DNA from: an uncultured Prevotellaceae bacterium
Lineage (GTDB): Bacteria > Bacteroidota > Bacteroidia > Bacteroidales > Bacteroidaceae
Direction of reading: 5' to 3'
DNA length: 64,000 nt
Assembly: GCA_949295905.1 (NCBI GenBank)
Contig: CASFNA010000007.1
Location: 110,135 to 174,134 of the forward strand
Both the position numbers and the translations under genes were made by a program. The notes under the pieces are model-generated. The model did not search any database. It was given only the letters and a program-made list of their open reading frames with translations, and was not told where the DNA came from. Below are positions 50,204 through 60,132 of this stretch, piece by piece (within the stretch, counting starts at the first letter, position 1; the number at the start of each line of letters is the position of its first letter).

Positions 50204-52278
50204 ACTACAAGAAGGCCATAACGGCGACGGCCGTCAACCTGTGCCGCTTCGCGGTTGCGCTGACGTTCATCTTCTCGGGATATGTCAAGGCCATAGACCC
50301 CCTCGGCACGCAATACAAGCTGCAAGACTACGTCGAGGTGATGGGCCTAACGCAGTACGTGCCCGACAGCCTCACGCTCGCGGCCAGCGTCGCACTGGGC
50401 GGTTTGGAGTTCTGCCTCGGCGTGCTGCTGCTGTTCGCCATAAGGCGCAGGCTCGTAACGCGCCTGCTGTTGCTGTTCATGGCCGTCATGACGCCGCTCA
50501 CCCTGTGGCTCGCCATAAGCAATCCCATCAAGGACTGCGGATGCTTCGGCGACGCGGTGGTGCTGACCAACTGGGAGACTTTTTACAAAAACGTCGTATT
50601 CCTGGCCGCAACGGTGCTCCTGGCGGCGCGTCCGCTCATGATGCCGAGGTTCATCAGCCGCTCCAACCAGTGGATAGTAACCACGTACACGGTGCTGTTC
50701 ATCATCGTGTCGAGCAGCATGAGCCTGTACACCTTGCCGCCGTTCGACTTCCGCCCGTACCACATCGGAGCCGACATACGCAAGGGAATGGAAATCCCCG
50801 AAGGCGCGGAGCAACCGCAATTCGAGACAACGTTCATACTGGAAAAAGACGGACAGCGCAAGGAGTTCACCCTTGACAACTACCCCGACTCCACCTGGAC
50901 GTTCATCGACAGCAAGACCGTACAGACGAGCGAAGGCTACGTGCCGCCAATACACGACTTCTCCATTCAGACCATGGACGGCGGAGAAGACATCACGGAC
51001 AGCGTAATCAGCCGACGGGGGTACTCGTTCCTGCTGGTGTCTCCGCATCTGGAATATGCCGACGACTCAAACTTCGGCGAAATCGACGCCATCTATGAAT
51101 ACAGCGTTGACCACGGTTACCCGTTCTATGCGCTGACGGCGAGCACGGAAGAGGCCGTTGCCCACTGGCGCGACATAACCGGGGCTGAATACAACTTCTA
51201 CCAGACCGACGACATAACGCTAAAGACCATAATCCGCAGCAATCCCGGACTGCTGCTCCTGAAAGGCGGAGTCGTCATAGGAAAGTGGAGCCACAACAGC
51301 CTGCCAAAGCTTTACTACCAGTCGCCCAGGCTTGAAGACACGGAGTATGGACACATCCCCGAACACACCGTGACAGGCAAAATCACCGGCATACTACTCT
51401 GGTACATCCTGCCGCTCGTGCTCCTCACCTTCGCCGACCGTACGTGGAAATTCACCCGCTGGCTGAAAAAGAAAGAACATTCAAACAAAATATATCAACT
51501 ATTAAAAGGCAAAAAGAAAATGAGAAAGAAAATTGTAGCAGGTAACTGGAAGATGAACATGAACCTGCAAGACGGCATCGCTCTTGCTAAGGAACTCAAC
51601 GAGAAGCTTACAAACGAGAAGCCTAACTGCGGCGTTATCATCTGTACGCCGTTCATCCACCTTGCAAGCATAGCACAATTCCTCAACCAGGACGTTATCG
51701 GACTTGGCGCGGAGAACTGCGCTGACAAGGAAAAGGGCGCGTACACGGGCGAAGTTTCAGCCGAAATGGTTAAAAGCACAGGCGCACAGTACGTAATACT
51801 CGGACACTCGGAGCGCCGCGGCTACTACGCTGAAACTCCTGAAATACTTAAAGAAAAAGTGCTCCTCGCACTGAAGAACGGCCTGAAGGTAATCTTCTGC
51901 ATCGGCGAAAGCCTTGAAGAAAGGGAAGCCGGCAAGCAGAACGAGGTGGTTAAGGCAGAGCTTGAAGGCAGCGTATTCAACCTCACAGAGGAAGAATTCA
52001 AGAACATAATCATTGCTTACGAGCCGATTTGGGCTATCGGAACGGGCAAGACTGCGACGGCAGAGCAGGCGGAGGAAATCCACGCTTACATCCGCAGCAT
52101 CGTAGCAGAGAAGTACGGACAGGCCGTTGCCAACGACACGACAATACTCTACGGAGGCAGCTGCAAGGCAAGCAACGCTCCCGAACTGTTTGCAAAACCC
52201 GACATCGACGGCGGCCTCATAGGCGGCGCTTCACTGAAAGCAGCCGACTTCATGGGCATCATCGACGCTTGGAAATAA
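50200..52278 (+). CDS. DoxX/MauE-like membrane protein (BT_3928-type) fused in frame to triosephosphate isomerase
   Basis: SGYVKAIDP and DCGCFGDA in aa 1-440; no stop before [13 protein letters not shown] at aa 441. Confidence 0.85.
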   Translation: MNYKKAITATAVNLCRFAVALTFIFSGYVKAIDPLGTQYKLQDYVEVMGLTQYVPDSLTLAASVALGGLEFCLGVLLLFAIRRRLVTRLLLLFMAVMTPLTLWLAISNPIKDCGCFGDAVVLTNWETFYKNVVFLAATVLLAARPLMMPRFISRSNQWIVTTYTVLFIIVSSSMSLYTLPPFDFRPYHIGADIRKGMEIPEGAEQPQFETTFILEKDGQRKEFTLDNYPDSTWTFIDSKTVQTSEGYVPPIHDFSIQTMDGGEDITDSVISRRGYSFLLVSPHLEYADDSNFGEIDAIYEYSVDHGYPFYALTASTEEAVAHWRDITGAEYNFYQTDDITLKTIIRSNPGLLLLKGGVVIGKWSHNSLPKLYYQSPRLEDTEYGHIPEHTVTGKITGILLWYILPLVLLTFADRTWKFTRWLKKKEHSNKIYQLLKGKKKMRKKIVAGNWKMNMNLQDGIALAKELNEKLTNEKPNCGVIICTPFIHLASIAQFLNQDVIGLGAENCADKEKGAYTGEVSAEMVKSTGAQYVILGHSERRGYYAETPEILKEKVLLALKNGLKVIFCIGESLEEREAGKQNEVVKAELEGSVFNLTEEEFKNIIIAYEPIWAIGTGKTATAEQAEEIHAYIRSIVAEKYGQAVANDTTILYGGSCKASNAPELFAKPDIDGGLIGGASLKAADFMGIIDAWK
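51520..52278 (+). CDS. tpiA: Triosephosphate isomerase (internal start within the fusion ORF)
   Basis: [39 protein letters not shown]; A-rich start context. Confidence 0.95.
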   Translation: MRKKIVAGNWKMNMNLQDGIALAKELNEKLTNEKPNCGVIICTPFIHLASIAQFLNQDVIGLGAENCADKEKGAYTGEVSAEMVKSTGAQYVILGHSERRGYYAETPEILKEKVLLALKNGLKVIFCIGESLEEREAGKQNEVVKAELEGSVFNLTEEEFKNIIIAYEPIWAIGTGKTATAEQAEEIHAYIRSIVAEKYGQAVANDTTILYGGSCKASNAPELFAKPDIDGGLIGGASLKAADFMGIIDAWK

Positions 52279-52293
52279 CATCTACAAAGACAA

Positions 52294-52344
52294 GGGAGAG
52301 GGCGCAAGGCCGGTGCGGTAAGCATCGGCGCGCCTCTCTCTTTT
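52294..52344 (+). terminator. Intrinsic terminator
   Basis: gggagagggcgc..gcgcctctctctttt. Confidence 0.65.
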
Positions 52345-52378
52345 ATCCAATCTTTCATCAAACAACGCTTTACAGGAC

Positions 52379-53005
52379 ATGAGACAATTCGCCGTAATAT
52401 CACTTCTGGCCTTGGGATTTGCATCACAAGCCGGCGCACAGTCGTTTCTCGACGGACTAAGGGAAAAGAAAGCGGGCGAAGGCACCGTAACGGTTACGCA
52501 AGACCCGGCCATCGACGAATTGATAAACAACACCCAACTCTTAAGGACTCAACCATCAGCCCCTAAGAAAGAAACAGCCAGAAAGCCTGAACATGACAAC
52601 CGTAACACTGCGGCTCACAATGAGGCTACAGCCAAAACTCCCGTTACAAAGACGCCTACAGAACGCACAACGGAGGCACACGGCGGTGAGAGTGGAGAAC
52701 AACCTGCTATCGACACGTCAAAGAAAGTAATGCGTGGAGGCAGGAAAATAACCGGCTACCGTGTCCAGGCATATTCAGGCGGAAACACAAGGGCCGACAG
52801 GCAAAAGGCCGAACGCATAGGCAACGCCATCAAATCAAGGTTTCCCGACCTGCCAATCTACGTACATTTCTATTCTCCACGGTGGATATGCCGCGTCGGA
52901 AACTTCCGCACTTACCAGGAAGCTAACGAAGTATTGCAGGAAATCAAGGACATGGGTTACCGCCAGGCGTGCATCGTAAAAGGAAAGATCACGGTGGCAT
53001 ATTAG
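52379..53005 (+). CDS. SPOR domain periplasmic protein
   Basis: Signal peptide, linker, GYRVQAYSG..CRVGNFRTYQEA. Confidence 0.88.
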   Translation: MRQFAVISLLALGFASQAGAQSFLDGLREKKAGEGTVTVTQDPAIDELINNTQLLRTQPSAPKKETARKPEHDNRNTAAHNEATAKTPVTKTPTERTTEAHGGESGEQPAIDTSKKVMRGGRKITGYRVQAYSGGNTRADRQKAERIGNAIKSRFPDLPIYVHFYSPRWICRVGNFRTYQEANEVLQEIKDMGYRQACIVKGKITVAY

Positions 53006-53093
53006 CCAGCCATCACATCATATAACAACCGTCAAATACACGAAAGACATGTACTTGACGGCTAAAAAATCATTTTCATAACATTACATCAAG

Positions 53094-53687
53094 ATGAATC
53101 CTGAGACAGAATTCCGTGAAGGTCTTGACGACCTCGCATCACACTACAAAAGCATCATCGAACTTTTAGGCGAAGACCCAGACCGTGAAGGCCTGCAAAA
53201 AACGCCGATACGCGTGGCCAAGGCCATGCAAATATTGACAAGAGGCTACGGGCAGGACGCCCACAAGGTGCTTCTCGACGCACTGTTCGAGGAGAAATAC
53301 AGCCAGATGGTAATAGTGAAGGACATCGACTTCTTCTCTCTTTGCGAGCACCACATGATACCTTTCTACGGCAAAGTGCACGTAGCGTACATCCCAAACG
53401 GCTACATCACGGGCCTAAGCAAGATTGCCCGCGTGGTTGACATATACAGCCACCGCCTCCAGGTGCAGGAACGCATGACGCTGCAAATAAAGGACTGCAT
53501 ACAGGAAACACTTAAACCGCTCGGCGTAATGGTTGTGGTCGAGGCGAAACACATGTGCATGCAGATGCGCGGAGTGGAGAAACAGAATGCAATAACGACC
53601 ACGAGCGACTTCTCCGGAGCGTTCAACCAAGCCAAAACCCGCGAGGAGTTTATGAACCTGCTGCGCGGAGAAAGCAAGCGCATATAA
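53094..53687 (+). CDS. folE: GTP cyclohydrolase I
   Basis: [33 protein letters not shown]. Confidence 0.97.
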   Translation: MNPETEFREGLDDLASHYKSIIELLGEDPDREGLQKTPIRVAKAMQILTRGYGQDAHKVLLDALFEEKYSQMVIVKDIDFFSLCEHHMIPFYGKVHVAYIPNGYITGLSKIARVVDIYSHRLQVQERMTLQIKDCIQETLKPLGVMVVVEAKHMCMQMRGVEKQNAITTTSDFSGAFNQAKTREEFMNLLRGESKRI

Positions 53688-53782
53688 ATAAAATAAGGTG
53701 AAAAAAATTTGCCAACAGATGCAAGGTTTTCATCTATAAGATGTTTAATTGATAGCAAAACATTAAAAAACAAATAACAAAA

Positions 53783-54490
53783 ATGAAAAAGTTTAACAAG
53801 TTATTCATCATCCTCTTGTGCTGTGTTGGCGCAATGTCTGTAACTTCTTGCTTGAACAGCGACGGCGATAGCGGCCTAAGTGATGAAGAGCGCGAGGCTT
53901 ACACCAAGGAAATTGCAGGACCATATTGGGGCGGTGGCGGCAAATACACCAATATGCTTCTGTTTACAAACGAGGATTTACCCGATGACAAGAACAATCC
54001 TTACAAGGTTGATACCCTCAGAACAAACATCAATGGAACACTTTATACTGCACCTGCCGACGTTACTGATGCCTTACCGACATTCGTTATAAACGGCGTT
54101 CCGGGAAGTATATTAGCCAAAGAGCTTGACGAAAACGAGCACAAATGGCTGAAAGGAGCCTTGGAGCAAGCTCCGAGCAAGTCCATCGAAGGAACTTATT
54201 ATGTAACAAATGTGTACGGCAGCATCATTTATTTGTCGTGCATGACAAAGAACATCGAGTATAAAGGGCTTGAATACGAAGGCGAGACGCACGACGTTAC
54301 AATAAAATTCTACAATGCGACGTTAGGCAATTACTACGTGGCTGACCTGCACAAAGTAGTTGTAATACCTATGTTAATGGCTGTAATAGAAATCGACGGA
54401 GGTAAGGAAATCGTCGAAATCTACAATACATCTTGGGGACAGGGTGACAAATACAATGCTGCACTAATGCAGATTGTACTTTGCTCATAA
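53783..54490 (+). CDS. Hypothetical surface lipoprotein
   Basis: SVTS-C-LNSDGD lipobox with acidic export-type signal. Confidence 0.85.
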   Translation: MKKFNKLFIILLCCVGAMSVTSCLNSDGDSGLSDEEREAYTKEIAGPYWGGGGKYTNMLLFTNEDLPDDKNNPYKVDTLRTNINGTLYTAPADVTDALPTFVINGVPGSILAKELDENEHKWLKGALEQAPSKSIEGTYYVTNVYGSIIYLSCMTKNIEYKGLEYEGETHDVTIKFYNATLGNYYVADLHKVVVIPMLMAVIEIDGGKEIVEIYNTSWGQGDKYNAALMQIVLCS

Positions 54491-54516
54491 CAACAACAAA
54501 CAATATTTCATATACA

Positions 54517-54564
54517 GAAAGTGCTCCCTTGCACGGCTTTTCGCCATGCAAGGGAGCGTTTTTC
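54517..54564 (+). terminator. Intrinsic terminator
   Basis: gctcccttgcacggc..gccatgcaagggagcgtttttc. Confidence 0.8.
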
Positions 54565-54636
54565 ATGCCATTTAGCAACGCGTTAGCCGTTTATTTGTTA
54601 ACTTTGCGACAAGTAAACGACTAACAACTTACATCC

Positions 54637-56007
54637 ATGAAAAGAACAATCTTTATCTTATTCTCGCTCGTTACGGTGCTTTCGGCCATGGCACAGACCG
54701 TGGAAGGCAGCTGGACGGGCAAGCTCGACGTAATGGGAACGCAGCTAAACCTCGTGTTCAACATAACCAAAGGTAACGACGGAGCCCTTGCCTGCACCAT
54801 GGACAGCCCCGACCAGAGCGTCAAGGGCATACCGGCGGAAGTAACGGTGACCGGCGGCACGAAGGTGAAAATCACCGTGCAGGCCATCAATGCGGCATAT
54901 GAAGGAGAGCTGAAAGACGGCCTGTTGAAGGGCAATTTCAGTCAAAACGGCATGTCGTTCCCTCTCACGCTGAAGCCGGGAACGGTGGAACGCAACCGTC
55001 CGCAGACGCCGAAAGAGCCTTATCCATACAAAACGGAGGAGGTAACGTTCACCAACACGGGCGACAACGCTACGCTTTGCGGCACGCTGACTTATCCCAC
55101 CGGCTATGAAACGGCGAAGAAAAGCACCGTGCCCGTAGTAATAATGGTGACCGGCAGCGGAGCGCAGAACCGCGACGAGGAGCTGTTCGACCACAAGCCT
55201 TTCCTCGTACTGGCCGACTACTTGGCACGCAACGGCATCGCCTCGCTGCGCTATGACGACCGCGGCACGGGCAAATCGACCGGCGACGCGGCCTCGGCTA
55301 CGACAGAAAACTTTATGAAAGACGCGCTGGCCGCCATCGAATATACACGCAAGACGGGCAAGTTCGGCCGCGTGGGAGTGCTCGGCCACAGCGAGGGAGG
55401 CTCTATCGCGTTCATGCTTGGGGCGCGCGGTAAGGCCGATTTCATAGTGAGCATGGCCGGACCTGGCATCAGCGGAAAGGACATATTGCTTGCGCAAAAC
55501 CGCATGGGACTGACCCAAAGCGGCGTGCCTGCCGACATGGTGGACGGCTTCTGCAAAGTGCTCGACAAGGTGTTCGACATCATGGCTTCGGGCGAAAATG
55601 TCTCGCAACCCACAATGAAAGTAACTGAAATAGCCATGCAGACGGGTGTCACCCTGCCCGAACCGCTTGTACTGACCCTCGCAAAGTCACTGGAAGCCAG
55701 CACGCCGTGGCTTAGATACTTCGTCGGCTACGACCCGTCGGCCGACATACGCGCCGTAAAATGCCCCACAATGGCCGTCAACGGCTCGAAGGACGTGCAA
55801 GTTTTAGCCTCCGAAAACCTGTCAGCCATCCGCCGCCTGCTGCCCGGGAACAGCCTCAACCTCGTGAAGGAATACCCCGGACTGAACCATCTCTTCCAGC
55901 ACTGCACCACCGGCCAGCCAACGGAATACGCCCAAATAGACGAGACCATGTCGCCAGAAGTAATGCAAGACATCGCCGCGTGGATAAAGAAAGTTGTCCG
56001 CAAATAA
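54637..56007 (+). CDS. Secreted alpha/beta hydrolase
   Basis: GSGAQNRDE, RYDDRG, GHSEGG nucleophile elbow, D.QV, NHLFQ. Confidence 0.92.
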   Translation: MKRTIFILFSLVTVLSAMAQTVEGSWTGKLDVMGTQLNLVFNITKGNDGALACTMDSPDQSVKGIPAEVTVTGGTKVKITVQAINAAYEGELKDGLLKGNFSQNGMSFPLTLKPGTVERNRPQTPKEPYPYKTEEVTFTNTGDNATLCGTLTYPTGYETAKKSTVPVVIMVTGSGAQNRDEELFDHKPFLVLADYLARNGIASLRYDDRGTGKSTGDAASATTENFMKDALAAIEYTRKTGKFGRVGVLGHSEGGSIAFMLGARGKADFIVSMAGPGISGKDILLAQNRMGLTQSGVPADMVDGFCKVLDKVFDIMASGENVSQPTMKVTEIAMQTGVTLPEPLVLTLAKSLEASTPWLRYFVGYDPSADIRAVKCPTMAVNGSKDVQVLASENLSAIRRLLPGNSLNLVKEYPGLNHLFQHCTTGQPTEYAQIDETMSPEVMQDIAAWIKKVVRK

Positions 56008-56055
56008 CTGCCGATGGATGAGACTGTGCCGTTTGCTGCGGCATTCTTTATTGTC

Positions 56056-56100
56056 AAAAACGCCGTGCAGCACCCATTCAGGATGCCGCACGGCGTTTTT
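56056..56100. terminator. Bidirectional terminator
   Basis: aaaaacgccgtgcagca..tgccgcacggcgttttt. Confidence 0.85.
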
Positions 56101-56122
56101 GATATTTTATTTCCGTAAAGCG

Positions 56123-56428
56123 TCAGCCGATGGGATGCACCACTTCCACCCGCATTCCCAAGGCGTTCATTATCCGATAGAACGTGGCAACGCTTGGGGT
56201 TATCAGTCCCTTTTCAATCCTTGAGATATACGATTTCGTCACATTAATTCTCCTTGCAAGCTCTGCCTGCGTCACTTTCGCTTCCTTCCTTGCGTCGAGC
56301 AATATCTGCGATGTGTAAAACTCGTAAGCCTCTTCGTCGAACTTTGTACGTTCCGGGGTGCCAGTCTTTCCGTATCTCTGTTCAAGAACAGCACTGTAAT
56401 CATTTATTTGATGATTGTTTGTCTCCAT
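56123..56428 (-). CDS. XRE-family HTH antitoxin (HigA-like)
   Basis: ARKEAKVTQAELA..KSYISRIEKG HTH; overlaps the toxin 3' end. Confidence 0.9.
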   Translation of the reverse strand: METNNHQINDYSAVLEQRYGKTGTPERTKFDEEAYEFYTSQILLDARKEAKVTQAELARRINVTKSYISRIEKGLITPSVATFYRIMNALGMRVEVVHPIG

Positions 56429-56741
56429 AATAAGCCTCCTTTATCTTTAATGCCTTGTCTATTTCCGATTGCGGTGTCTTTTGTGTCTTTTTCTGAAATC
56501 CGTTGAACAGCACCACTATTTGCCCTTCGTCAAAGATGAAAAACACACGATATATATTGCTGTTATATTCCATTCTCAACTCATATAGGCCGTCACGCAA
56601 GGATTTTATAAACTTTACAGGCAGCCTGTCCTCACTTTCAAGCAATGAAATGATATAATCCAGCTTTATTAACTCTTTTTCAGTAAGAGTGGATATAAAC
56701 CTTTCAAAGTAGCCTCCATACGTTATAATTCTCCTTCTCAT
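56400..56741 (-). CDS. RelE/ParE superfamily toxin (HigB/Gp49-like)
   Basis: GLYELR..NIYRVFF..LFNGFQKKTQKTP..EI..A; toxin-first order; TATATTTG box 4 nt before the ATG. Confidence 0.9.
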   Translation of the reverse strand: MRRRIITYGGYFERFISTLTEKELIKLDYIISLLESEDRLPVKFIKSLRDGLYELRMEYNSNIYRVFFIFDEGQIVVLFNGFQKKTQKTPQSEIDKALKIKEAYYGDKQSSNK

Positions 56742-56838
56742 GGTGCAAATATAACACAAGTTTCAATATAATGCAACTTTATCGCTCTTTTTTTGAGTCC
56801 TCATCAATGTTTTTCTGTGGCATACATCTGTGTGAAAT

Positions 56839-56881
56839 AAAAAAAGATTGGACTTCGGCATATTACCGAAGCCCAATCTTT
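56839..56881 (-). terminator. Terminator of tRNA-Pro
   Basis: aaagattgggcttcggtaatatgccgaagtccaatctttttt on the minus strand. Confidence 0.8.
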
Positions 56882-56891
56882 CAGCTCTTTG

Positions 56892-56965
56892 TCGGGATGA
56901 CTGGACTCGAACCAGCGACCTCACGCCCCCCAGACGCGTGCGCTAACCAACTGCGCTACATCCCG
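56892..56965 (-). tRNA. tRNA-Pro(GGG), CCA not encoded
   Basis: CGGGATG acceptor stem, D-arm GCGC/GCGC, anticodon loop CTGGGGG, GGTTCGAGTCC T-arm; TACTTTTG box at 56981-56988. Confidence 0.97.
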
Positions 56966-57130
56966 TTCCATAAGCGAGTGCAAAAGTACACACTTATTGT
57001 GAAACGGCCAAATTTTCAGCCGTATTTTTCATCTTTTACGTCAAAAAACATGAGTTTTCACACCGTGGGACAAGCCACGGAAGGGGCTGCGGTGGCATAC
57101 TGCGAAGGGCGCGCAGGCAAAGGGTTTTGC

Positions 57131-57167
57131 GAAAGGCCGTCTTTCGCACTGCAAAAGGCCACCTTTT
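57131..57167. repeat. 22-bp-period array, locus L (2 units)
   Basis: gaaaggccgtctttc-gcactgc-aaaaggccacctttt. Confidence 0.75.
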
Positions 57168-57299
57168 GCAAAACCGCCGTAAAACAAGCACAAAACAACC
57201 GGCTGACGAACACAAAACCGTCGGCGGCATAAGGCTTTCTCGAAAATATTTCGTAATATTGCAGGCTGACAAATGGCAATAACCAAAAAAACAAATACT

Positions 57300-59423
57300 A
57301 TGAACAAAAAACTGCTTATCCTGCCCGTGGCAGGCATGGTGATGGCCGCCAACGGACAGACGGCGCAGCCGCAGCTGACTTACCCCGAGACAGCGAAAAC
57401 CGACGTGGTTGACACGTATTTCGGCACGTCCGTGCCCGACCCTTACCGCTGGCTGGAGAACGACACGAGCGCACAGACGGCGGCGTGGGTGGCCGCGCAA
57501 AACAAGGTTACCGGCGAATACCTGTCTAAAATCCCCTTCCGCAGCGCGCTGTTGAAGAGGCTCACGGCCGTGGCCGACTACGAGAAAATAGGCGCCCCGG
57601 CGAAGAAGCACGGCAAGTATTACTTCTACAAGAACGACGGACTGCAAAACCAGAGCGTGCTCTACGTGCAGGACAGCCTCGACGGTGAGGCACGCGTGAT
57701 GCTCGACCCCAACAAGCTGTCGGCCGACGGCACGGTGGCCCTTACGGGAACAAGCTTCTCGCACGACGGAAAGTACATGGCCTACACCATCTCGCGCAGC
57801 GGCTCTGACTGGACGGAAATCTACGTTCTCGACACCGCCACCGGCCGCCTGCTCGACGACCACATCGTGTGGGCCAAGTTCACGGGCGCGGCATGGCACG
57901 GCGACGGCTTCTATTACAGCGCATACGACGCGCCCGAGGCCGGCAAGGAATACTCCAACGTGAACGAGAACCACAAGACATACTACCACAAGCTCGGCAC
58001 TCCGCAGAGCGCGGACAGGCTCGTCTACGAGAACAAGGCTTACCCCAAGCGCTTCTACTCGGCCAGCGTAAGCGACGACGAAACGTTGCTCTTCGTCTAC
58101 GAGAGCGGCGACGGGGCGGGCAACGCACTCTACGTGAAAGACCTTACCAAGCCCGACGCGCCGCTGACGGCCATGGCAACGGACATGAGACACCAGTATT
58201 ACCCCATCGAGACCATCAACGGCAAGACATACATCTTCACCAACTACGGCGCGCCAAGATACCGCATAATGGCCACAACGGCGGCTAAACCGGCGTTGAA
58301 GGACTGGACGGAGGTAGTGGCCGAAGGCCAGTCGGTGCTCTCCGGCGTACAGGTAATCGGCGGAAAGCTGCTGCTCACGTACGACAAGGACGTAGCCAAC
58401 CACGCCTACGTGTACTCGCTGGACGGCAAGATGGAGCATGAAGTCAAGCTGCCGGGCCTCGGCTCCGTAGGCTTCAGCGGCGACAAGGACGACCATGAAT
58501 GCTTCTTCACCTTCACGTCGTTCACCATCCCCGGTGCCGTCTACCGTTACGACATCGGGCAAAACACGTATTCACTCTTGCGTGCGCCCAAGGTTGACTT
58601 CGACAGTGACGGTTTCGTCACCGAACAGGTGTTCTATCCCAGCAAGGACGGAACGCGCATCCCGATGTTCCTTACCTACAAGAAAGGGCTGAAACGCGAC
58701 GGCCGCAACCCCGTTTACCTGTATGGCTACGGCGGTTTCAACATCAGCCTCAACCCCGGCTTCTCCTCATCGCGCATTCCCTTCCTTGAAAGCGGAGGCA
58801 TATACGCCCAAGCCAACCTGCGCGGAGGCGGCGAGTACGGCGAGGAGTGGCACCAGGCAGGCACGAAGATGAGGAAGCAAAACGTGTTCGACGACTTCAT
58901 CGCAGCCGCCGAATGGCTGATAAAGAATGGCTATACGGGCAAGGACAAGATTGCCATAGTAGGCGGCTCAAACGGCGGACTGCTCGTAGGCGCGTGCATG
59001 ACGCAACGGCCCGACCTCTTCCGCGTGGCCGTTCCGCAGGTGGGAGTGATGGACATGCTGCGCTATCACAAGTTCACCATCGGCTGGAACTGGGCCAGCG
59101 ACTACGGCACGAGCGACGACTCGAAGGAGATGTTCGAGTATCTTAAATCGTATTCGCCCCTGCACAACCTCAAGAAAGGCACGCGTTACCCGGCCACGCT
59201 CGTGACAACGGCCGACCATGACGACCGCGTCGTACCGGCGCACTCGTTCAAGTTCGCCGCCACATTGCAGGAATGCAACGACGGAACGTACCCCACCCTA
59301 ATACGCATCGACAGCAAGGCGGGCCACGGAGCAGGCAAACCCATGAGCAAGGTGCTCGAGGAGCAGGCCGACATCTACGGCTTCATAATGTACAACCTTG
59401 GCATGAACTTCCCTGCGGAATAA
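57300..59423 (+). CDS. Prolyl oligopeptidase (S9A)
   Basis: DPYRWLE, YGYGGF, NLRGGGEYG, GGSNGG, DHDDRV, AGHG. Confidence 0.96.
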   Translation: MNKKLLILPVAGMVMAANGQTAQPQLTYPETAKTDVVDTYFGTSVPDPYRWLENDTSAQTAAWVAAQNKVTGEYLSKIPFRSALLKRLTAVADYEKIGAPAKKHGKYYFYKNDGLQNQSVLYVQDSLDGEARVMLDPNKLSADGTVALTGTSFSHDGKYMAYTISRSGSDWTEIYVLDTATGRLLDDHIVWAKFTGAAWHGDGFYYSAYDAPEAGKEYSNVNENHKTYYHKLGTPQSADRLVYENKAYPKRFYSASVSDDETLLFVYESGDGAGNALYVKDLTKPDAPLTAMATDMRHQYYPIETINGKTYIFTNYGAPRYRIMATTAAKPALKDWTEVVAEGQSVLSGVQVIGGKLLLTYDKDVANHAYVYSLDGKMEHEVKLPGLGSVGFSGDKDDHECFFTFTSFTIPGAVYRYDIGQNTYSLLRAPKVDFDSDGFVTEQVFYPSKDGTRIPMFLTYKKGLKRDGRNPVYLYGYGGFNISLNPGFSSSRIPFLESGGIYAQANLRGGGEYGEEWHQAGTKMRKQNVFDDFIAAAEWLIKNGYTGKDKIAIVGGSNGGLLVGACMTQRPDLFRVAVPQVGVMDMLRYHKFTIGWNWASDYGTSDDSKEMFEYLKSYSPLHNLKKGTRYPATLVTTADHDDRVVPAHSFKFAATLQECNDGTYPTLIRIDSKAGHGAGKPMSKVLEEQADIYGFIMYNLGMNFPAE

Positions 59424-59459
59424 GCCATAGGTAAAACAAAAGACAACTAACAGCAAAAC

Positions 59460-59578
59460 AAAATGCGGCCTTTCATCGTGTGAAAGGCCGCATTTTGCAT
59501 TGCTATTGACGGCATTTTGCAGGCCAAAAGACGGCCTTTTGGAATGCGGTTTGTAACTTGCTGACTGGCAGACGGTTA
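59460..59578. repeat. 22-bp-period array, locus M (4 units plus cap)
   Basis: Units at 59460, 59482, 59504, 59526; cap gtaacttgctgactggcagacggtta overlaps the tsaE TAA. Confidence 0.9.
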
Positions 59579-59989
59579 GAAGCTGACCATGCGCGAGCCG
59601 TCTTCAGCCTCGCTGATGGTTACCTTCACGGCGTCTTCGGGCAGCAGGCTCTCAATGAGTTCGGGCCATTCTATGAAGCAAAGGCCGCCCCCGTAAAAGT
59701 ATTCCTCATAGCCCATGTCGTACACTTCGTCGAGCTTCTTTATGCGGTAGAAGTCAAAGTGGTAGACGGTTTCGCCCGACGTGGCCGATGTGTACTCGTT
59801 GACGATGGCGAACGTGGGCGACGTTATTACGTCGTCTACGCCCAGTTGCTCGCACACGGCCTTGATGAACGTGGTCTTGCCTGCGCCCATCTTGCCGTAA
59901 AAGGCGAACACGCGGGCATCGCCCATGTTGTCGATAAACCGGCGCGCGGCCTCGTTGATGTTGTCAAGATTGCTGATTTTTATTTCCAT
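59576..59989 (-). CDS. tsaE: t6A biosynthesis ATPase TsaE
   Basis: GKMGAGKTT, SPTFAIVNEY, HFDFYR, IEWPE; follows porX. Confidence 0.97.
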   Translation of the reverse strand: MEIKISNLDNINEAARRFIDNMGDARVFAFYGKMGAGKTTFIKAVCEQLGVDDVITSPTFAIVNEYTSATSGETVYHFDFYRIKKLDEVYDMGYEEYFYGGGLCFIEWPELIESLLPEDAVKVTISEAEDGSRMVSF

Positions 59990-60003
59990 ATATTTTCTTT
60001 TTA

Positions 60004-60127
60004 AGTGACAAGTGACGAGTAACAAGCAGACAAGCCTGTTTTGTTTAGTGACGAGCAGACGAGGTATAAGCATACAAGCCGATTAGTCTTGTCCCTTGTC
60101 TGCTTGTCACTCGTCCCTTGTCTGCTA
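60004..60127. repeat. Inverted repeat of ACAAGCAG-type units
   Basis: gacaagtgacgagtaacaagcagacaag ... cttgtcccttgtctgcttgtcactcgtcccttgtctgcta; same family as 19415. Confidence 0.8.
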
Positions 60128-60132
60128 TTAAA

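Noticed and set aside
56007-56965. Prophage or ICE at tRNA-Pro
   Set aside because: No integrase, no attR duplicate and no phage or conjugation genes; only the TA pair.
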